From positions 6,431-70,430 of the forward strand of contig CADCGD010000005.1 in the NCBI GenBank assembly GCA_902800925.1: a stretch of 64,000 bases of DNA. Reading direction: 5' to 3'. The notes beneath the pieces were generated by a model. It made no database searches and was not told the DNA's origin. It saw nothing but the letters and a program-made list of their open reading frames with translations. The DNA is from an uncultured Bacteroidales bacterium (GTDB lineage: Bacteria > Bacteroidota > Bacteroidia > Bacteroidales > Bacteroidaceae). The position numbers and the translations under genes are program-made. Positions 58,395-64,000 of this stretch are shown one piece after another (the first letter of the stretch is position 1; each line of letters opens with the position of its first letter).

Positions 58395-60788
58395 ATGAAA
58401 AAGATTATTATATATTCGCTGATGTTGCTTACATCCGTAGCATACTACTCTTGTAGCGACAAAGACGAAAATCTCAGCGCCGATATAAGCCGTGAGTTCA
58501 TGCCTATGTTCCGCTGCGATAACAATACCGGCAAGGGAAGTACAGATCCCTATAATTGCCATACAATATCACCTAACTCCGTATACCTCTGTTGGTATAC
58601 CGTTGACAATTGTGTAGGATATGAGATACAGTGGGGCATTCTTGCAGGTAGCCAGGGGGATGTCGCATGGCAGCGCGTTAAGGATGCTGGAACGATTGGC
58701 GACACCATCATCACCAATCCACAGCAGTATACACTCACCCTTAAGCATCTGCAGTATGGCTCTACCTACAGTTTCGCCATACGTGCCCTGCACTCTTTCT
58801 CAAAGGATGCGAACGGCGAGTACAACGACCCGCTTAATTCTAAGTGGTACGGCTACGGTGACGGACGTCAGTGGGCAGACTACATGAACCTCGATACAGA
58901 AGACCGTTACGCTACACCGACCATCATCGGTGCACAGTTCCTTGAGGACAAGGAAGACCCCAACTACAAGACATCCTTCAGGGTGTACCTCGACCGCTCT
59001 ACAGACTCTTACTCAGCAGAAGAGTTGGAGACATACACCTCGTACACTCTCGAGAAACCTAACGGACAGTCTATGAAATTCTTCCAGACTGAGGAGGTCA
59101 ATGGAGAGAAGGTATTCAAGATCGACTACCTTGAAGTTAAAGCCAACCCATCGTCTCCCACCGCCAATGTGCCAGAGGAGTTCCGCCACTACGAACTCAA
59201 ACAGGAAGACTGGGATCGTGGCTACGTCTATGTCTATGGCCTTGACGAGAACTCCGTATATAACGTCAACGTATATGACGAGGATATACCATATGCTGCA
59301 GATGCATGCTACAACGGTATCGTAAAACGAACCAAGGGTGATCCCGGTGCGCCAATTCTCATACCACACGTACCACAGGCTACAGACACTTTGAGTGTCA
59401 GCAATGTTGATTACATCATAGACATCTCTTCATACGATGCTTGCAAGCTCAACGCATGGTTTACTAACCACATGACAAGCAACACTATTGCTGAGAATCA
59501 GGTTTACTACCTCGAAGGTGGCAAGAACTACTTCATTGATTCGTCTATCGAGCTCTATAAGGGCTTCACACTCGCAACCAACCCTGAAGACCTCACTGCA
59601 GGAAAGGGCAAGGCAAAGATCTTCATGAGCGGAATGGGACGATACAACAACGACTACGACGTATTCTCATGCAACTTCGCATTTGGACGTGCCGCACAGG
59701 CAGGAGAGAGTGCTTCAGTACCTCTTGAGATAGATACCATCAAGTTCCAGAACATTGACTTCAGTGTACCTCTGGCATACAATAAAGGTGACAACAACCT
59801 TGATGCTGACAAAAAAGTTACAGCCAACTACTGGTTCAATGATATCAACTCTAACGCCATGGGCTATATACTGAATTATTTCGAAGTCAGCGGATGTTCC
59901 TTCCAGGGCTTCCAGCGTGGATGGATGCGTACAAAGACAACTCACTCCAAGATCTTCAAGCACTTCTATATCTATGGTAATGAGTACTATAACATGGGAT
60001 TCTACGACAACAGTGGCGGTGGCTATGGCTACATGTCATTCAAGGGCGGTAACGAGAAAGGTGCTAACCCATACGTTAATTGCGAGCTTATCAACAACAC
60101 CTTCTATGACTCACCATGTATGTATCTCATTGGTAATGACTCCGAATCTCTCGCTTCTTGGACTGCAGACCAGGCATACAATATCACCATCAAGAATAAC
60201 ACATTCGTCAACTTCAACTCTTTGAACAACAACGGATGTCTGTTCAACCCGAAGGGTGGTAAGGGTGCACCACGTGGTTCTAAGTTCACCATACAGAACA
60301 ATCTCTTTATCAATGCTTATGATGAAAGTGACGAAGGACGTGTAGCTAAACATGTCTGTGCCGGATGGAGAGTTTCTGAGATGAAGGGTGTTACCGACCT
60401 CAAGTTCGAGTTTAACATAAGCAACAACTGGTCAACGTCAGAGCATATCGACGCTTCAACTAAGGAGGTCTTTACCATTTATCAATTCAGCAAGACAAGT
60501 ACAGACGGTATTGCTTACTGGGTTGGTGAAGGCGCACTCCTCAATGGCGGTGAGGACAAGACTTCCGACAACCTGAAGGTACACTATGAGGAAGGAATCA
60601 CCACACAGGTACTGATGAAGAATGCTATTCCTTCGCATAAATACACCAATATAAACAGTGCAGGACCAGAGACATTCCGCACAGACAACCTCGACGGACT
60701 TTATTACAATGACACCGAGGCAGTAAGGAACTCACAGATTTACAAGTTAGGCATTGGTGCTAGCAAGTGGCGTGAGGGTATTCGTTGA
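58395..60788 (+). CDS. Surface lipoprotein with Fn3-like and beta-helix-like domains (probable glycan-binding protein)
   Basis: Lipobox YSC; LQYGSTYSFAIRA Fn3-like strand; repeated I.NNTF motifs; position after SusD. Confidence 0.65.
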   Translation: MKKIIIYSLMLLTSVAYYSCSDKDENLSADISREFMPMFRCDNNTGKGSTDPYNCHTISPNSVYLCWYTVDNCVGYEIQWGILAGSQGDVAWQRVKDAGTIGDTIITNPQQYTLTLKHLQYGSTYSFAIRALHSFSKDANGEYNDPLNSKWYGYGDGRQWADYMNLDTEDRYATPTIIGAQFLEDKEDPNYKTSFRVYLDRSTDSYSAEELETYTSYTLEKPNGQSMKFFQTEEVNGEKVFKIDYLEVKANPSSPTANVPEEFRHYELKQEDWDRGYVYVYGLDENSVYNVNVYDEDIPYAADACYNGIVKRTKGDPGAPILIPHVPQATDTLSVSNVDYIIDISSYDACKLNAWFTNHMTSNTIAENQVYYLEGGKNYFIDSSIELYKGFTLATNPEDLTAGKGKAKIFMSGMGRYNNDYDVFSCNFAFGRAAQAGESASVPLEIDTIKFQNIDFSVPLAYNKGDNNLDADKKVTANYWFNDINSNAMGYILNYFEVSGCSFQGFQRGWMRTKTTHSKIFKHFYIYGNEYYNMGFYDNSGGGYGYMSFKGGNEKGANPYVNCELINNTFYDSPCMYLIGNDSESLASWTADQAYNITIKNNTFVNFNSLNNNGCLFNPKGGKGAPRGSKFTIQNNLFINAYDESDEGRVAKHVCAGWRVSEMKGVTDLKFEFNISNNWSTSEHIDASTKEVFTIYQFSKTSTDGIAYWVGEGALLNGGEDKTSDNLKVHYEEGITTQVLMKNAIPSHKYTNINSAGPETFRTDNLDGLYYNDTEAVRNSQIYKLGIGASKWREGIR

Positions 60789-60816
60789 TTAAAGCAACCA
60801 CACTATTAAATAATCC

Positions 60817-60849
60817 GAGGGCGGACGCTGGATACAGCTATCCGCCCTC
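60817..60849 (+). terminator. Hairpin after PUL lipoprotein
   Basis: gagggcgga...tccgccctc, the same stem as at 52799; lacks a strong U tract. Confidence 0.55.
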
Positions 60850-60866
60850 GATTATCTCAACACAAG

Positions 60867-61385
60867 ATGAAAAGACTGATTTTATCCACACTCTTCCTAT
60901 ACATTGCAATAGCAGCTATAGCTCAGGAGTCACACTATCATAAAGGCCTACGTTCACAGTCTGAGAACGACAAATATGGTGGCGTTGCTGCAGAACCGAA
61001 TTTTAACGGTGGCGGCTACTATTGGTCAAGAGTACGCAATGTGGACGATGTCGCTATAGCTCGCGAGACGCCTGAAGACTCCATCATACGTCGTAAAGAG
61101 TTTATACGATTATGCCAATTGGCTTACGATGCCTTCGAAGCAGGTGACTCAATTATGACGATAACCTATGCAGACAGTGCTTTGCAAAAGCGCTATCATA
61201 CTGCAGACCTCTATTACTTCATGGCGGTATCTTTAGAGAAATTAGGCAACTATAAAGATGCTGATTGGGCTTATCGTAAGGCTTTAGGCGCAGGATATCC
61301 TGCCGCCTTGAACATCTACAACGACTTCAAGGCTCGACAGAAAGCACGCAAAGCGAAACGAAAAGATCGCAAACCTTTACGTTGA
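60867..61385 (+). CDS. Secreted TPR-repeat protein
   Basis: Signal peptide; ADLYYFMAVSLEKLGNYKDADWAYRKAL TPR-like motif. Confidence 0.7.
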   Translation: MKRLILSTLFLYIAIAAIAQESHYHKGLRSQSENDKYGGVAAEPNFNGGGYYWSRVRNVDDVAIARETPEDSIIRRKEFIRLCQLAYDAFEAGDSIMTITYADSALQKRYHTADLYYFMAVSLEKLGNYKDADWAYRKALGAGYPAALNIYNDFKARQKARKAKRKDRKPLR

Positions 61386-61491
61386 CAATTGATAAAAAAC
61401 AAACTCAAAATTTGGCGTTGTCGCAGTTTATCTGTATCTTTGCACGTGAAAACAAAACAACTCAATATTTATTAACTAAAACATTTCGTTT

Positions 61492-62913
61492 ATGAAGAAA
61501 ATCTTTACTCTTATTACAATGGCTCTCATAGCCGTTAACGCTAGTGCACAAACGACCATCTTTAATGCTGCGGCAGCTGATTGGGCTAGTGCTACTTTGA
61601 CTTCAGGAACAACGACGGTAGGAGATGTTACGTGGTATGGTGGTGGAAATGCTTCTATTGCTTCTGGAAGCAAAACGTTTGCAGATGAAGTTCAATGGAC
61701 AGCGAGAATAAAATTTGGAGGTAAAAGTACTTTTAAATCAGGAAGTACGCTCGCTCGTGTTTTTACTTTCACACCAACAAAGTCAGGTAAAGTGAAAGTT
61801 TATTGTGTAGGTGGCGGTGATGGAGAACGTACAACGTACATATCACAGAGTATTACATCAACAGATAGAGATACAGAAACTGCTATTGGATCTTTTAAAT
61901 CAACAAATCAAGCTATTGGCATTGCAGAAGCAACTGTTGAGGCAGGAGCAATGGTATATGTATGGGCTGATAATAATGTAGGTATATACGGAATCACTTT
62001 TGAGGAAGTTGCAACGGAGGCAATAGACGCCACATTCTCATTGACAAAGACAAGTATCAACACCCTTCAGTCATCACAGATTATTGTAAACTCCAAGACA
62101 GGTCTTGATGGACTGACCATGAAAGGACTGACTTACGACAATACTGTAATCAATATTGATGAAAATGGTAAGATTACTCCTATTGCAGCGGGAACATCTG
62201 CTATCACCTTTACGACAGATGCTGTCGATGGTAAGTACAAAGCAGGTACGGCAAGTCTGTCTATTACAGTAACAGCAGCAACTCTTGATACACAGGAAGA
62301 TGTTACAGGCGATGCAACATGGGACTGGTCAAAGTTTGGCGTTTCTAGTATTCAGTTGACAGAAACCACTAATCCAAGTAAGACAGATGAGTTTGTGCTG
62401 TCAAATGTAGTAACCTATGGCTACTGTGATGCCATCAGCAGCGACTTTGGTAATGCCAAAGCTTTGAAGGTCATCGTGGAGTATCCGGTACGTGAAAGTA
62501 AATATTGCCAAGGTCCATCCATTAAATTCAATACTACTTTAGCTGGCAAATTGTCTGTTACCTATTCTAACACAGGTACCCGTACCGATGAGGCACAGCG
62601 TCGCTATCTAAATGTCAATGGAACCAATTATGGTGATGGTACAATGGATACAGAACAAACTACGACAGCAGACATTGCAGTTGCTGCTGGCGAAGTTACT
62701 ATTTCTGGTCGTATGGGAACCGATACTGAGACAGCCCAATTCCTACGCTACTACAAGATTGTGTTCACCAAGAGTAGTGAAACTGGTATAGATACTATTA
62801 AGACTGCTGAGAAGGCAAACGATGGTGTTATCTTCAACCTCGCTGGTCAGAAGGTTGCCAACAACTATAAGGGCTTGGTTATCAAGAACGGCAAAAAGGT
62901 TGTGATGAAGTAA
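61492..62913 (+). CDS. Secreted modular protein without recognisable catalytic domain (CBM-like + Ig-like + C-terminal tail)
   Basis: Signal peptide; Big_2-like INIDENGKITPIAAGTSAIT; FNLAGQKV...KGLVIKNGKK; own promoter 61411-61442. Confidence 0.7.
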   Translation: MKKIFTLITMALIAVNASAQTTIFNAAAADWASATLTSGTTTVGDVTWYGGGNASIASGSKTFADEVQWTARIKFGGKSTFKSGSTLARVFTFTPTKSGKVKVYCVGGGDGERTTYISQSITSTDRDTETAIGSFKSTNQAIGIAEATVEAGAMVYVWADNNVGIYGITFEEVATEAIDATFSLTKTSINTLQSSQIIVNSKTGLDGLTMKGLTYDNTVINIDENGKITPIAAGTSAITFTTDAVDGKYKAGTASLSITVTAATLDTQEDVTGDATWDWSKFGVSSIQLTETTNPSKTDEFVLSNVVTYGYCDAISSDFGNAKALKVIVEYPVRESKYCQGPSIKFNTTLAGKLSVTYSNTGTRTDEAQRRYLNVNGTNYGDGTMDTEQTTTADIAVAAGEVTISGRMGTDTETAQFLRYYKIVFTKSSETGIDTIKTAEKANDGVIFNLAGQKVANNYKGLVIKNGKKVVMK

Positions 62914-62935
62914 TCACCACCTCCCACCTATCCTA

Positions 62936-62975
62936 TCGTGGCGATTCCGCAGTGCGGAGTCGCCACGACTTTTTT
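62936..62975 (+). terminator. Intrinsic terminator
   Basis: tcgtggcgattccgc / gcggagtcgccacga stem followed by a T tract. Confidence 0.85.
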
Positions 62976-63040
62976 CTACCCAATATTTGGAAATTACAGA
63001 AATAGTTCGTATCTTTGTAGACGCAAAACAAAACGAACCA

Positions 63041-64000
63041 ATGAGAAAACTAATCTTAGCGCTGTATGCCATCATAACTATGACGGCCAGCGCACAAACA
63101 CTACCCTACCAGAACCCACAGTTGACAGCCGAACAACGTGCTGACGACTTGTTGGGACGACTGACGCTTGACGAGAAAGTAAAGTTGATGATGGACACTT
63201 CGCCAGCTATTCCACGATTAGGCATTCCCCAGTTTCAATGGTGGAACGAAGCACTGCATGGTGTAGGCCGTAACGGTTTTGCCACGGTGTTTCCCATCAC
63301 CATGGCCATGGCAGCATCGTGGGATGACGCCTTGGTGCACAAAGTATTTACTGCTGTCAGCGACGAGGCTCGTGTCAAGGCTCAACAGGCTAAACGTTCT
63401 GGTAATATTCAGCGCTATCAGAGTCTGTCGTTCTGGACACCCAACATCAACATCTTCCGTGATCCACGCTGGGGACGAGGCCAAGAGACCTATGGTGAAG
63501 ACCCCTATCTGACCACGAAAATGGGACTGGCTGTGGTACGCGGTCTGCAGGGTGTTGGCTATCAAGGCGAAGACCTGGGTGTGAGCAAATATCGTAAGTT
63601 GTTGGCGTGCGCCAAGCACTTTGCCGTACACAGCGGACCAGAGTGGAACCGTCATACCTTTAATATTGAGAATCTGCCAGAGCGCGACCTTTGGGAAACC
63701 TATCTGCCTGCCTTCAAGGCACTGGTACAGGAGGGCGACGTTGCTGAGGTGATGTGTGCCTACCAGCGCATTGACGGACAGGCCTGCTGTGCCCAAAGCC
63801 GCTACGAACAGCAGATACTGCGCGACGAATGGGGATTCAAGGGGCTTATTTGTAGTGACTGCGGCGCCATACGCGACTTCCTGCCTAAATGGCACAATGT
63901 GGCAAAGGATGGCGAGCAGGCCTCTGCCAAAGCCGTACTCTCTGGCACCGACGTAGAGTGTGGCAGTATCTACAAGAACCTGCCTGCCGCCATCAAGCGT
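63041..64000 (+). CDS. GH3 beta-xylosidase (Xyl3A-like), 3' truncated by window edge; absent from the ORF track
   Basis: Manual translation MRKLILALYAIITMTASAQ...WWNEALHG...WTPNINIFRDPRWGRGQETYGEDP...KHFAVHSGPE...SDCGA; promoter 62986-63017. Confidence 0.93.
   Translation, partial: MRKLILALYAIITMTASAQTLPYQNPQLTAEQRADDLLGRLTLDEKVKLMMDTSPAIPRLGIPQFQWWNEALHGVGRNGFATVFPITMAMAASWDDALVHKVFTAVSDEARVKAQQAKRSGNIQRYQSLSFWTPNINIFRDPRWGRGQETYGEDPYLTTKMGLAVVRGLQGVGYQGEDLGVSKYRKLLACAKHFAVHSGPEWNRHTFNIENLPERDLWETYLPAFKALVQEGDVAEVMCAYQRIDGQACCAQSRYEQQILRDEWGFKGLICSDCGAIRDFLPKWHNVAKDGEQASAKAVLSGTDVECGSIYKNLPAAIKR

Overview
Chromosomal segment of a Bacteroidota bacterium, most likely a rumen/gut Prevotella-type organism (TTTG-N19-20-TAnnTTTG promoters, SusC/SusD pairs, Prevotella-type C-terminal secretion tails). 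It contains: (i) the 3' part of a susCDEF locus with a GH53 galactanase and a GH13 amylase, interrupted by a ~2.4 kb insert made of two toxin-antitoxin cassettes between three hairpin/promoter repeats plus phased 21-bp palindrome arrays; (ii) housekeeping genes (pepT, CPA2 antiporter, LptD-like protein, acid phosphatase, MgtC family, tatAC with Fe-S substrates, rfbD, ROK kinase); (iii) a candidate ~85-nt sRNA; (iv) an attenuated trpBEGDCFA operon; (v) a ~26 kb pectin locus (GH28-GH105-unknown trimodular enzyme, three PL1 lyases, CE8, SusC/D, surface proteins) sharing a LacI-type operator and containing a 1.05 kb nested inverted-repeat element; (vi) the start of a GH3 beta-xylosidase. The most unusual signals are non-coding: the repeat-bounded TA cassette array, the inverted-repeat elements enclosing 21/22-bp phased palindrome arrays, and 7-9-mer tandem repeats at many gene junctions. 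All family calls come from motif recognition by eye; no database searches were run.
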